In this document: positions 26,551 through 35,977 of the stretch, in pieces
Position numbering within the stretch: the stretch's first letter is position 1
Layout: each line of letters starts with the position of its first letter
Assembly (NCBI GenBank): GCA_947457015.1
Contig: CANGTV010000003.1
Location: 1,958-65,957, forward strand
Direction: 5' to 3'
DNA from: Alphaproteobacteria bacterium
GTDB taxonomy: Bacteria > Pseudomonadota > Alphaproteobacteria > UBA9655
Length of the DNA stretch: 64,000 nt
Notes under the pieces: model-generated
What the model was told of the DNA's origin: nothing
The model's database searches: none
What the model saw: only the letters and a program-made list of their open reading frames with translations
Translations under genes and position numbers: made by a program

Positions 26551-27105
26551 ATGATGTACTGGCTAAAAAATCGATTAAGACGAGAAGATAAGGGGGCCGT
26601 TCTTGTTGAATTTACTCTTCTGCTTCCCATCATTTTACTACTTTTTGTAGGAATTTATGATGTTTCAAATTTAATTTCCTGTAGCAATAAGCTTAATCAA
26701 ACAGCCCAAGAACTAAGTAATGTTATTACAAGAGGGAAACTTACGAAACCGCAATTAGATGCCATATTACGGGCTGCTCCCTTGCTTATGCAACCCTTTG
26801 ATTTTTCAACAAATGGGAAGGTTATTGTCACCTGTGTAACGCAAGCGTCCACCTCCTCAACTCCCCCACCTCCCACCAGTCCATGGCAAGACAGCTATGG
26901 AAGTGGAGCAGGAACGACTCAAATTAACCTAAGCAATTTGCCGGGGGGTCTCGTGTTAACTTCGGGTCAAACAGTTATTTTCACAGAAGCATTTTATACA
27001 TATACGGGGGATTTTACGACTTATTCTTTTACATCAGGCAAATTATATCAAATTGCAGCTGGAATGCCACGTCAGGGAACAATGACAACTCTTCCACAGA
27101 GTTAA
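26551..27105 (+). CDS. TadE/TadF-like protein
   Basis: N-terminal motif GAVLVEFTLLLPIILLLFVGIYD, 184 aa. Confidence 0.72.
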   Translation: MMYWLKNRLRREDKGAVLVEFTLLLPIILLLFVGIYDVSNLISCSNKLNQTAQELSNVITRGKLTKPQLDAILRAAPLLMQPFDFSTNGKVIVTCVTQASTSSTPPPPTSPWQDSYGSGAGTTQINLSNLPGGLVLTSGQTVIFTEAFYTYTGDFTTYSFTSGKLYQIAAGMPRQGTMTTLPQS

Positions 27106-28923
27106 ATGTTTTTTAATATTTTGCAAGTTAGCATTATAAAATTATATAAAAAGTTACGGAGCTCTAACATGTTCGTCCATAAAAACTTCCGGAAAATCTA
27201 TCATCAAATACAAATCTTTTCTCGCAATGAACAAGGGGCTATAGCAATTATTTTTGGCCTTCTTATTATCCCTATTTTAGGTTTTTTTGGATTGTCAATA
27301 GATCTAGGAAATGTCTATTATGTTCAATCAGTTATTGGAGGAGCTGTTGATGCAGCGGCTCTCGCAGGAGGAAGATCTGGAGGGACCCCGGAGAAAATAA
27401 AAGCTCAAGCTACAGCCATTTTTAATGCAAATATTCCTAAAAATCTTATCGGCAGCATAAGTGCCCCAACAATTACGCTCACACAAAATAACACGGTCGT
27501 AAAAGTAACGGCTACAGGAACGATAAACAACTATTTTTTAACACTTTTTGGCATCTCGACGGTAACAACATCCCAGTCATCTGTTGCTTTAGTTACAACT
27601 AAAGGTGCGGAAGTTGTTTTAGCTTTAGATAATACAGGGTCTATGGACGGCTCTCCGATGCAAAGTGAAAGAGATGCGGCCAGCCAACTTGTCAATATTT
27701 TATATGGAGGGAATGGAACATCAGGAGGATCAGATACGATTCCTGGGCTTTCTGTTGCTGTTGTGCCTTATTCAACAACAGTGAATATATCAGGCATCAC
27801 TCTTAAGAATAATGTGAAGTGGCTTTCAGCAGCTGGGCAAGCGCAAGTTGCAAACACCAATCTCTATCCTAACATTGCTGCTGTTACGGGAACAAGCGTG
27901 GGCGGAAAGTGGATGGGCTGTATTGAAGCGCGGGCTCCACTTTCAACATCTGGCCTTACTTCATCTCAGATTACGGCTTATGGTTACGTGAACTATCCCA
28001 ATGGTACGGATACAACCGATGCTACTCCTACACAATACCCTTTTAGTCCCTTCCTCTATCCCTCAACTATGATTCATCAATATGTATTTGGTAAACCCTT
28101 GAATCGAGGGACAACAAGTTCAGCAACAACAGCTTTAGAAACTCCTCCTTGGGGGTCAAAAGGGAGCACAAGGGGAGATAACGATTGGAGACTTAACGGA
28201 ACTGTCCCCACTTCAACCCTTTTTTTTGGAGATAACTACTCCTGGAAGAGTGCAGATGGCAACTATGGCGTCGGCCCTAATTTAGGATGTCCTGTCCCTA
28301 TGACTCCCTTGCAGACTTCTCAAACTGTCGTTCAAAATACAATTAAGAGTATGCTCGCTACTTTCCGTGGAGGGACCATGATCAATTTGGGGCTCAATGC
28401 GGCTTGGTGGACAATCTCCCCAAACTGGAATGGGACGTGGGCACAACCGACTCCGGCCCCTGTTCTTCCAAATGGAGCGACCCTTCCTCAAGCGTATAAT
28501 AATACCTTAAAAGTCGTCGTCCTTATGACAGATGGGCAAAATCAATGGTACGACTGGCCCACAGGGGTGCCAGGACTTCCGGATAATACTAATAACTATA
28601 AAGCAGATGCGGATTACACGGGTTATGGAAGACTTGCTGAAGGACGCTCAGGAACGACAGTTGCTGGGAATACAGGTACAACATTAAATGCACGTATGAC
28701 TAATATGTGCACGACGCTCAAAAACAATAAGGTTGTTATCTATACAATTATCTTTACTCACGGCAATAATATTGATTCATCAACTCAAAAATTATTTCAA
28801 AATTGTGCCACAGACACGAGTCATTATTATTTTGCTCCTGACAACGCAACGCTTCTTGCAGCTTTCCAAAATATTGGTCAACAAATTACAAAGCTTCGAT
28901 TGGGGTGGGCACCAAATTACTAA
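27106..28923 (+). CDS. TadG-like pilus assembly protein with von Willebrand factor A domain
   Basis: TadG N-terminal motif EQGAIAIIFGLLIIPILGF...IDLG. vWA MIDAS-like D-x-T-G-S (VVLALDNTGSMDG), VVVLMTDGQN, and C-terminal YFAPDNATLLAAFQNI. The start is ATG 27106 or ATG 27169. Confidence 0.8.
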   Translation: MFFNILQVSIIKLYKKLRSSNMFVHKNFRKIYHQIQIFSRNEQGAIAIIFGLLIIPILGFFGLSIDLGNVYYVQSVIGGAVDAAALAGGRSGGTPEKIKAQATAIFNANIPKNLIGSISAPTITLTQNNTVVKVTATGTINNYFLTLFGISTVTTSQSSVALVTTKGAEVVLALDNTGSMDGSPMQSERDAASQLVNILYGGNGTSGGSDTIPGLSVAVVPYSTTVNISGITLKNNVKWLSAAGQAQVANTNLYPNIAAVTGTSVGGKWMGCIEARAPLSTSGLTSSQITAYGYVNYPNGTDTTDATPTQYPFSPFLYPSTMIHQYVFGKPLNRGTTSSATTALETPPWGSKGSTRGDNDWRLNGTVPTSTLFFGDNYSWKSADGNYGVGPNLGCPVPMTPLQTSQTVVQNTIKSMLATFRGGTMINLGLNAAWWTISPNWNGTWAQPTPAPVLPNGATLPQAYNNTLKVVVLMTDGQNQWYDWPTGVPGLPDNTNNYKADADYTGYGRLAEGRSGTTVAGNTGTTLNARMTNMCTTLKNNKVVIYTIIFTHGNNIDSSTQKLFQNCATDTSHYYFAPDNATLLAAFQNIGQQITKLRLGWAPNY

Positions 28924-28969
28924 CGACTATCAATTTAGTAAGAGCGTGGCTTATAAAATCTAAACTTTT

Positions 28970-30538
28970 TCAAGCACCAACAGGGGCATGCGCGTGAGAA
29001 GAGGATGATTTTAAATCTCCCATTCCCCAAAGAGTTATGCCCGTTGCCGTCAACGCTAAAAGTGTTCCCATGGCCATATTAAAGGAAAGACCATAGACAA
29101 AAGCTTCATCCACCCAGTTTAAAAGCTGCGGAAGTTGCTCTGGGGCAAAACCACTCAGCTGAGACATGGAATGCTCAACCTTAGAAATAATATTTACCAG
29201 ATCTTGATGTTGTTCGGCAGACAAGTTCATCCGTTCCGTGTTTTGCAAAAGATGAATTCGTCCAAAGAAAACAACGAAGCTTGTTGAAAGGATAATACTC
29301 AACGTATTTCCAAGCATCATAAACATGGTGTAAACACCAGAAGCCACATTAAGGTCCCCTTGAGGGGCTGATTTCATCATGGCTGTATTACATGCCGTAA
29401 AATAAGATCCCAGTCCCATCCCCGCAAAGAACAGGGCCGTTGCCACATAAAGAAGGGACGACTCTGTCGTCAGGAATGTCATCATTCCCATAGCGAGGGT
29501 TGTGATAAGTGTCCCAAAAACCATGGGGACTTTCAGCCCAAACATGTCCACCATCTTTCCCCCAATAGGGCCGAGAAGTCCCATTGTGATCGTCATGGAG
29601 ATAAAAATCAGGCCTGTTTCATAACTGGAATAGTGCAACGTGTTTTGAAGATAAAGACCCATCAACACAAGGGTCATGGAAAAGTTCATCGCCATCAAAA
29701 ATTCGCCCGCCGTTGCCGCCATATAAGGCTTATTGCGAAATAAATGAGAGGGAACCATACGCACTTTTTGGGTACGATCGCGTAAAATGTAGAGACCAAT
29801 CAGCAAGCATCCCCCACTTATAAGCCCCCAAAAAGAGGAACTTGTAACCCCCCACACCTCAATTTGATTCAGCGCATAAACAGTCGTACATAATCCTGAG
29901 GCAAGGAGGAAGGCTCCGACAAAATCTATTTTTTGTCGCGTTTCTTCAAGAAGGTCTTTAGGAGAATAGAGGTAAAGAATGGCAATGACAAAAATTCCCA
30001 AAGGAATATTGACGTAAAAAATCCAACGCCAGCTCATTTCTTCAATAATGAATCCTGCAAGAGTCGGGCCTATGGCCAAACCAAGGCCTGCAAAGGAAAC
30101 AATAATCCCCATAACAAACCCTTGTTTTTGAGGAGGAGCTAAGGTGAAAATACTAGCCCAAGCTGGACTTGTGAAAACAGCGGCCCCACATCCTTGAAGA
30201 ATCCGACCCATAATAAGAACTTCAAGGGACTGCCCAAATCCTGTTAAGGATGATCCCAACATAAAGACAACCAAGCCCGCGATCAGGGTATTCCTTTTTC
30301 CATAAATGTCTGCGACCCTTCCCGCCGGAATGACAAACGCGGCCCAAACCAAAACATATCCACTCAAAAGCCATTGGAGGCTATTTAGGTCTGCATTGAT
30401 TTCTTCTGAAATAGGAACAAGCGTCAGGTTCACCGCCGTATAATCAATATTCATCAGAAAAATTAAAAGCCCAATGGCAATCAAAACAACCCAGGATTGG
30501 AAGGAGATGGTAGAGGAAGAAGAGGGCGACATGGTCAT
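28970..30538 (-). CDS. MFS transporter, DHA2 (EmrB/QacA-like, 14-TMS) drug:H+ antiporter family
   Basis: 522 aa and about 14 hydrophobic segments, with MFS motif GRVADIYGKRN. Confidence 0.85.
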   Translation of the reverse strand: MTMSPSSSSTISFQSWVVLIAIGLLIFLMNIDYTAVNLTLVPISEEINADLNSLQWLLSGYVLVWAAFVIPAGRVADIYGKRNTLIAGLVVFMLGSSLTGFGQSLEVLIMGRILQGCGAAVFTSPAWASIFTLAPPQKQGFVMGIIVSFAGLGLAIGPTLAGFIIEEMSWRWIFYVNIPLGIFVIAILYLYSPKDLLEETRQKIDFVGAFLLASGLCTTVYALNQIEVWGVTSSSFWGLISGGCLLIGLYILRDRTQKVRMVPSHLFRNKPYMAATAGEFLMAMNFSMTLVLMGLYLQNTLHYSSYETGLIFISMTITMGLLGPIGGKMVDMFGLKVPMVFGTLITTLAMGMMTFLTTESSLLYVATALFFAGMGLGSYFTACNTAMMKSAPQGDLNVASGVYTMFMMLGNTLSIILSTSFVVFFGRIHLLQNTERMNLSAEQHQDLVNIISKVEHSMSQLSGFAPEQLPQLLNWVDEAFVYGLSFNMAMGTLLALTATGITLWGMGDLKSSSSHAHAPVGA

Positions 30539-30594
30539 ATTTCCTTTTTAAAAATTTTTCTCTTCTTTTGGGGAGAAAGTCAATGGTTTTAGTG

Positions 30595-30659
30595 TTCAGT
30601 AATCAGTTATCTGATTGAAATTTTTAGATCTTCTGATTACTGATTTCTGACTACTGAAT
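30595..30659. promoter_or_regulatory. Cluster of three TCAGTA[A/G]TCAG 11-mers in alternating orientation (candidate operator)
   Basis: TTCAGTAATCAG at 30595-30606, CTGATTACTGA at 30633-30643, CTGACTACTGAA at 30648-30659, plus the palindrome AATCAGTTATCTGATT at 30601-30616. All lie in the divergent spacer between the DHA2 and MscS genes. Confidence 0.35.
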
Positions 30660-30722
30660 CTTACAAACACCTATTTCATCTCCTCACATTTCACGATACA
30701 CTCCTCTCCCAGGAGAAAAAAG

Positions 30723-32786
30723 ATGAAACATATCTTATTGGTTCTTTGTTTGCTCATGCTTCCTTTTGGAGGGACGATGGCTACAGCCATGCCCTCAACG
30801 GTAGGGGTTCACCAAGACACACCCTCTGCTCCCCCTCTCAAACCCATTAAGGTCAGTGAAATTAACGCGAACCTTTTTTCAGCGAGCTATGATTTTCTTC
30901 AAAAAACGGGAAGCGATATTTTTGAAGGATTTGTGTCCCTCAAAGACTTTGTGGAAACAGGCGAGTGGCTCATTAAAAGCATAAAGAATCCCGAGACACG
31001 TTATCAGATCGCTTCTTTCGCTATTCAACTTATGATTGTCCTTTTTGTCTCCTTTGTCTTGGCACAGAGTCTTTCCTCGTGGCTCAAACCAAAAATTCAA
31101 GCCTTCCTGAGCTGCAAGAAAAAACCCCCCGTTGAAAAGGTAAAAAGTCTTTTGTCTGCCACACTGCTGTCAACACTAGCACCCTTGTTTTTTGGTTTTT
31201 TTCTCTACACGCTTTCCCGTCTTCTGAATCCTGAGGATGACATTTATCTTGAAATTGCCAGGATTTTAAGTTCAGGCGCTGTCACTATTTGGCTGCTTTT
31301 AAACGTGGCCCATCTCTTTTTAAAGCCCTCCAGCCCTAAGCATCAGCATATCCCCCTCTCTCGTGAAGTTTTGGCCACGAGCTATCGGTGGATCCGACGC
31401 ATGGCATTCGTCGCTCTTTTTGGATTCTTTGTTCTTGAAGCTGGCGCTTTAATTAAGTTGCCCCTTTCTGGAGGAAGGTTACTTCTCCAAGGCACAGGGT
31501 TTGTAATGGCTATTATGGCAATTTTTATGATGCTTTCTCTTCATCAAGAGGTGAAAAATTGGACCCTAAAAGAAAGAAAAAATCCCTACCTGTCTTTATC
31601 AAAGCGGGCGCTTTTACCTTGCCTTACGTATAGCTACGTTCCGATCATTGTTTTCATTGTTATCAGTTATGTCAGTTGGGCCACGCACGACTATGATCAC
31701 GTCCAAGCTATAGTTTGGAAAAGCCTGTTGACCCTGGCCTTGTTTCCTTTTTTACGTATTTTAATGTCTTGTTTGCGTAAAATACGTGTTCTTTATATTA
31801 ACAAACATCTTGCCCGAATTGCCCCTGTCTTTGCTCACAAAGTTATTTTTTATGGGCGTCAAATTGATTTTGTAATGTTCATTTTCTTTAATGTAGGGGC
31901 TCTTCTTTTTGCCTTAGATTTATGGGGTCTTAATCCATCTTATTTGATCTTTTCCACCTTAGGAAAAGTCATTGCTGAAAAGACCTTTAGTATTTTTACA
32001 ATCATTGTTGTTGCTCTTTTTGTCACGCGCGCCGGCAACGGACTGCTGACTAAGTATTTAAATGCGACTAAGGAGAGCGCAAGTGACGCTAAAAAACAAA
32101 AGCAGGCTCGCTTTAAAACGATTTATAGTGTGAGCCGCAATGTGCTCCGCATCGTCGTTTGGACGCCAGCTATTCTCTTGATCATTGTTGAGATGGAAAT
32201 TGATATTGTCCCCCTCTTAGCAACGGTTGGAATTCTCTCCATAGGTCTTTCTATTGGTGTCCAATCGCTCGTGAAAGACTTTGTTACCGGCTTTTTCATG
32301 CTCTTAGAAGATGCGTTTGCCGTGGGAGACCTTGTTGTCATCAATGGCCAAATGGGGCGGATTGAGTCTTTAACCGTACGGGTGGTTCGCTTGCGCACAA
32401 CCGATGGGGCACTTTACACCTTTCCTTATGGAAATATTACAAGCCTTTGCAATCAGAATAGAGATTTTTCCGCGGTTCTTCTTCTTTTTAAAGTTGGCTT
32501 CGAAGCTGATCTAAGCCAAGTGTTTGAGATTTTGGAAAAAATCTCAAAAGATCTTCGGAAAGACCCCATAACGCGTAAACTTGTTACGGGTTCCATTGAG
32601 ATTGATGGCGTTAATGAGATGAATGACCATGCCCTTGAGATAAGGACTGTCTTAAAAACAAAGCCCGGAGAGCATTATAAAGTCAAGTGGGCCTTCAATC
32701 GCCTTTTAAAACAATATCTTGAGCAAGAAAATATCCCTCTCGCCACTCCACGAGCGGTTACTTATAACTACGCCCTTGAAAAGTAA
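30723..32786 (+). CDS. Mechanosensitive ion channel family protein (MscS/MscK-like, large form)
   Basis: 687 aa with a signal peptide and multiple TM segments. Conserved MscS core (VQSLVKDFVTGFFMLLEDAFAVGDLVVINGQMGRIESLTVRVVRLRTTDGALYTFPYGNI). Confidence 0.88.
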   Translation: MKHILLVLCLLMLPFGGTMATAMPSTVGVHQDTPSAPPLKPIKVSEINANLFSASYDFLQKTGSDIFEGFVSLKDFVETGEWLIKSIKNPETRYQIASFAIQLMIVLFVSFVLAQSLSSWLKPKIQAFLSCKKKPPVEKVKSLLSATLLSTLAPLFFGFFLYTLSRLLNPEDDIYLEIARILSSGAVTIWLLLNVAHLFLKPSSPKHQHIPLSREVLATSYRWIRRMAFVALFGFFVLEAGALIKLPLSGGRLLLQGTGFVMAIMAIFMMLSLHQEVKNWTLKERKNPYLSLSKRALLPCLTYSYVPIIVFIVISYVSWATHDYDHVQAIVWKSLLTLALFPFLRILMSCLRKIRVLYINKHLARIAPVFAHKVIFYGRQIDFVMFIFFNVGALLFALDLWGLNPSYLIFSTLGKVIAEKTFSIFTIIVVALFVTRAGNGLLTKYLNATKESASDAKKQKQARFKTIYSVSRNVLRIVVWTPAILLIIVEMEIDIVPLLATVGILSIGLSIGVQSLVKDFVTGFFMLLEDAFAVGDLVVINGQMGRIESLTVRVVRLRTTDGALYTFPYGNITSLCNQNRDFSAVLLLFKVGFEADLSQVFEILEKISKDLRKDPITRKLVTGSIEIDGVNEMNDHALEIRTVLKTKPGEHYKVKWAFNRLLKQYLEQENIPLATPRAVTYNYALEK

Positions 32787-32994
32787 CAGATCTTTTTTTA
32801 ACCCTTTGTTAACTTTTCTAACGCTTGAATTTTAAAGACTTATTTTAGCTTGACTCAGCAAGAATATAGAAATTTCAACTCACTGGGTGGGGGTGGTCTT
32901 GGAATAAAAAAAATGATACTTATATACATAGGTAATACGATTCTTTTGTTTTCGAAAAATCATTAGGCAACAACTAGCAAGCAGCAGGTGAAAC

Positions 32995-33492
32995 ATGGCT
33001 AAAATATCTTCTTTTTCTTGCGGAAATCACGTAGTGTACCCAGCCCATGGCGTTGGGAAAATAAAATCCATTGAAACTCATGACATCGGGGGACATTCTC
33101 TCGAAATGTTTGTAATTTCTTTTGAAAAAGATCGCATGACCTTACGCCTCCCGACCTCTAAAGCAAAAACCTCTGGCTTACGACCTGTCTGTACATCTAA
33201 AGAAATGGCCAGCGCTATTAATGGATTAAAAACGCGGGGACGAGCGCGCCGCTCCATGTGGAGTCGACGAGCACAAGAATATGAAACAAAAATTAACTCC
33301 GGCGACCCTGTTTCACTGGCAGAAGTCGTGCGCGAGCTTTACAGAGGCGTCAATCAACCAGAGCAATCCTATAGCGAACGGCAGGTGTATCAAAATGCTC
33401 TCCATCGCCTTGCGGGAGAAATCGCAGCGATCGAAAGTATCGAAACAGACCGTGCTATTGAAAAGGTTGAAAAAATATTAGAAGCCGCATAA
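32995..33492 (+). CDS. carD: CarD/CdnL family transcriptional regulator
   Basis: 165 aa. N-terminal RNAP-interacting motif (GNHVVYPAHGVGKIKSIE) and conserved C-terminal domain. Confidence 0.9.
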   Translation: MAKISSFSCGNHVVYPAHGVGKIKSIETHDIGGHSLEMFVISFEKDRMTLRLPTSKAKTSGLRPVCTSKEMASAINGLKTRGRARRSMWSRRAQEYETKINSGDPVSLAEVVRELYRGVNQPEQSYSERQVYQNALHRLAGEIAAIESIETDRAIEKVEKILEAA

Positions 33493-33515
33493 AATCTTTA
33501 TATTTCATGATCACG

Positions 33516-33535
33516 TGCCCCGCTTACGCGGGGCA
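33516..33535 (+). terminator. GC-rich hairpin downstream of carD (possible terminator; no clear U-tract)
   Basis: TGCCCCGC-TTAC-GCGGGGCA, a perfect 8-bp stem located 24 nt after the carD stop. Confidence 0.4.
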
Positions 33536-33550
33536 TAATCGAGAAAAACA

Positions 33551-34021
33551 ATGATAAAAAATATTCTTCAAATCTACGCTCTTCTTGTTTGTTTAATTAC
33601 GGTTGTTATATTAATTGTCTCCTTTTCTATCTCCTTAAATTCAGTCACAAATTTGCTTATTCCACAGTATAAATACTATTCTTCTTTGCGGATTTATGAT
33701 TCAAATGAGGCTTACATCGAGAATTACGAACATAGCATAGGATTTACGTCTTCCTCTTTTCAACAACTGTCTTCATCCTCATTGGATGACTCAGAAAGGC
33801 AGTATTGGAAAGATAAAATGCAAAAAGTGCTGGCTCTGCAACAACTCCCTCCGGCCCAATTGGATGAGAAAAGACTCGCTGCCCGCGGGCAATATTTAGA
33901 AAATAAAAAAGTTCAAGATATCACGAGCCTTATTGAGACATTCCAATGGGTATTGATTGCATTGATATTTTTCTTTATCCATTGGAAAATTTATAAAAAA
34001 TCAGAACCATCTTCGAATTAG
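33551..34021 (+). CDS. Hypothetical membrane protein (TM helix at each end)
   Basis: 156-aa ORF with an AGAAAAACA-ATG context. N- and C-terminal hydrophobic helices flank a polar, probably coiled segment. No family recognised. Confidence 0.5.
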   Translation: MIKNILQIYALLVCLITVVILIVSFSISLNSVTNLLIPQYKYYSSLRIYDSNEAYIENYEHSIGFTSSSFQQLSSSSLDDSERQYWKDKMQKVLALQQLPPAQLDEKRLAARGQYLENKKVQDITSLIETFQWVLIALIFFFIHWKIYKKSEPSSN

Positions 34022-34195
34022 AAACATTTTTTGGAACTATCCTAGAGAATACTTTTTTGTGTTATTTAGGACAGTTTCTTTTTTTCTTGGCGTTAAAAAG
34101 TCAGTCCAAAGACTCCCTGTGATTACTCTCTATTAAAGAACTGCAAATAGACCCGATCAACTTCAAAATATGGACTTTTGTTGCAATTTTTCCAT

Positions 34196-34225
34196 TGTCA
34201 TTCCCTGCTGTGGCGGGGAATGACA
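34196..34225. repeat. Short palindromic element of the TGTCATYCC...GGRATGACA family
   Basis: TGTCATTCCC-TGCTGTGGC-GGGGAATGACA hairpin, intergenic and upstream of the thiolase gene. Confidence 0.7.
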
Positions 34226-34367
34226 TCCGAAAAAAGGCAACTTCAAGAATAATGAGTATAGTAAGTTCTAGACATAAATCCTTATTTTTTCATTAAAAAT
34301 TAAGGTAAGTTTTTTATCCTCATAACAAATTTGAATTTTCTGAAGCATCCCTATGAGAGAGTCAAGC

Positions 34368-35555
34368 ATGCCAAAAGAGTCCGTCGTCATCGTTGCGGCT
34401 AAGCGCATTCCTACAGGCTCGTTCCAAGGAGTCTACCAAACTCTAAGCGCGGTCCACTTGGGCGCCACTGCAATAAAAGGGGCCTTAGAAGCTTCAAAGG
34501 TTTCAGGAGAGCAGATTGATGAAGTTCTTATGGGATGTGTATTGCCTGCAGGATTAGGGCAAGCCCCTGCTCGTCAAGCGGCGCTTTATGCAGGACTCCC
34601 TGACAAAGTTGGATGTAGTACCATAAATAAAGTGTGTGGGTCGGGTTTAAAGGCAGTGATGCTTGCGCATGATTTGATCCAAGCGGGCTCCATCACAATA
34701 GCCATTGCAGGGGGAATGGAAAGCATGACAAATGCCCCTTACCTCTTGCTTGGAGCCCGCGCAGGACTCCATATAGGCACCCACCCAATCCTCGATCATA
34801 TGATGCTTGATGGCTTAGAGGATTCCTTTAGGGGTGGCACATCCATGGCTATTTTTGCGGAAAAAACGGCTGAAAAATATGGATTTACCCGAGAGCAGCA
34901 GGATGCCTATGCCATTGAATCGGACAAACGGGCCTTAGCTGCTATAGAAAAAGGGTATTTTAAGCAAGAAATTGTGCCTGTCTTGGTCACCGCTCAAAAA
35001 GAAACATTAACAGTTGATGAGGATGAAACCCCTGCCAAAATTAATTTTGAGAAAATCCCCCTCCTTAAGCCCTCCTTTAAAAGGGATGGCACCATCACCC
35101 CTGCCAATTCAAGTTCCCTCAGCGATGGAGCCGCCGCGGTTGTCTTAATGACAGAAAGTGAAGCCCGGAAACGAAACCTTAAGCCTTTGGCCAAAATTAT
35201 CGCCCATGCCCAGTATTCTCGTGAACCTGAGTGGTTCACCCTTGCTCCAAGTGGGGCTATTGAAAAAGTTCTTCAGAAAGCGGGATGGAGCAAACAACAG
35301 GTTGATTTCTATGAAATTAACGAAGCCTTTGCTGTTGTGGTGATGGCCGTTATGAAAGACCTGGGCCTCACTCACAAAAATGTCAATGTCCATGGGGGCG
35401 CCTGTGCCCTCGGTCATCCTATTGGAGCAACGGGGGCAAAACTTCTTACCACCCTGCTCTACGCCCTCAAGACCCATGGCAAGAAAAAAGGAATTGTCTC
35501 TCTTTGTATCGGAGGAGGAGAAGCCGTGGCCATGGCGATTGAGGCTTTAGATTAG
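34368..35555 (+). CDS. Acetyl-CoA C-acetyltransferase (thiolase II)
   Basis: Start at MPKESVVIVAA (ATG 34368). Active-site context NKVCGSGLKAV, C-terminal NVHGGACALGHPIGATG and CIGGGEAVA. Confidence 0.93.
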   Translation: MPKESVVIVAAKRIPTGSFQGVYQTLSAVHLGATAIKGALEASKVSGEQIDEVLMGCVLPAGLGQAPARQAALYAGLPDKVGCSTINKVCGSGLKAVMLAHDLIQAGSITIAIAGGMESMTNAPYLLLGARAGLHIGTHPILDHMMLDGLEDSFRGGTSMAIFAEKTAEKYGFTREQQDAYAIESDKRALAAIEKGYFKQEIVPVLVTAQKETLTVDEDETPAKINFEKIPLLKPSFKRDGTITPANSSSLSDGAAAVVLMTESEARKRNLKPLAKIIAHAQYSREPEWFTLAPSGAIEKVLQKAGWSKQQVDFYEINEAFAVVVMAVMKDLGLTHKNVNVHGGACALGHPIGATGAKLLTTLLYALKTHGKKKGIVSLCIGGGEAVAMAIEALD

Positions 35556-35653
35556 AAGAAACACGGAGCCACCGCACAACCTGACGTGTCGACACTTTCA
35601 TCTTCAAAAATTTTTTTAAGGACTTGGATTAAAAGCAAATTCCTTGCTTTGAG

Positions 35654-35729
35654 TGGCTCCCCGGGACGGACTCGAACCGCCGACCCAGTGGTTAACAGCC
35701 ACTTGCTCTACCGACTGAGCTACCGGGGA
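35654..35729 (-). tRNA. tRNA-Asn (anticodon GUU), CCA encoded
   Basis: Reverse complement reads TCCCCGGTAGCTCAGTCGGTAGAGCAAGTGGCTGTTAACCACTGGGTCGGCGGTTCGAGTCCGTCCCGGGGAGCCA, with anticodon loop CT-GTT-AA. Confidence 0.95.
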
Positions 35730-35777
35730 ATATGAACGGGTTATAGCAAAAACTTTTTAATCCTGCTAGCCCTTTTT

Positions 35778-35851
35778 TGGAGGCCGGAACCGGAATCGAA
35801 CCGGTATACAAGGATTTGCAGTCCTCTACATCACCACTCTGTCATCCGGCC
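35778..35851 (-). tRNA. tRNA-Cys (anticodon GCA), CCA encoded
   Basis: Reverse complement reads GGCCGGATGACAGAGTGGTGATGTAGAGGACTGCAAATCCTTGTATACCGGTTCGATTCCGGTTCCGGCCTCCA, with anticodon loop CT-GCA-AA. Confidence 0.93.
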
Positions 35852-35977
35852 ACCATCAGAAGTTTACCTGTTTCCAAGGGGTATGGTCAAGAGAGGTTGT
35901 CACACATATCCTTTTTCTCAGTGACAAATGTCAATGACTCTTATACGGTTTATAAAACCCTAACCTGATGTCATTTT

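Noticed and set aside
35838-35851. The tRNA-Cys 5' end (GGCCGGATGACAG) contains the GGATGACA terminus of the palindromic element family, which hinted at a tRNA-derived SINE-like origin.
   Set aside because: Only 8 nt are shared, no further similarity extends into the elements, and the match is compatible with chance.
35777-35968. 63-aa plus-strand ORF.
   Set aside because: It is antisense to, and almost entirely overlaps, tRNA-Cys and its flank, so it is spurious.
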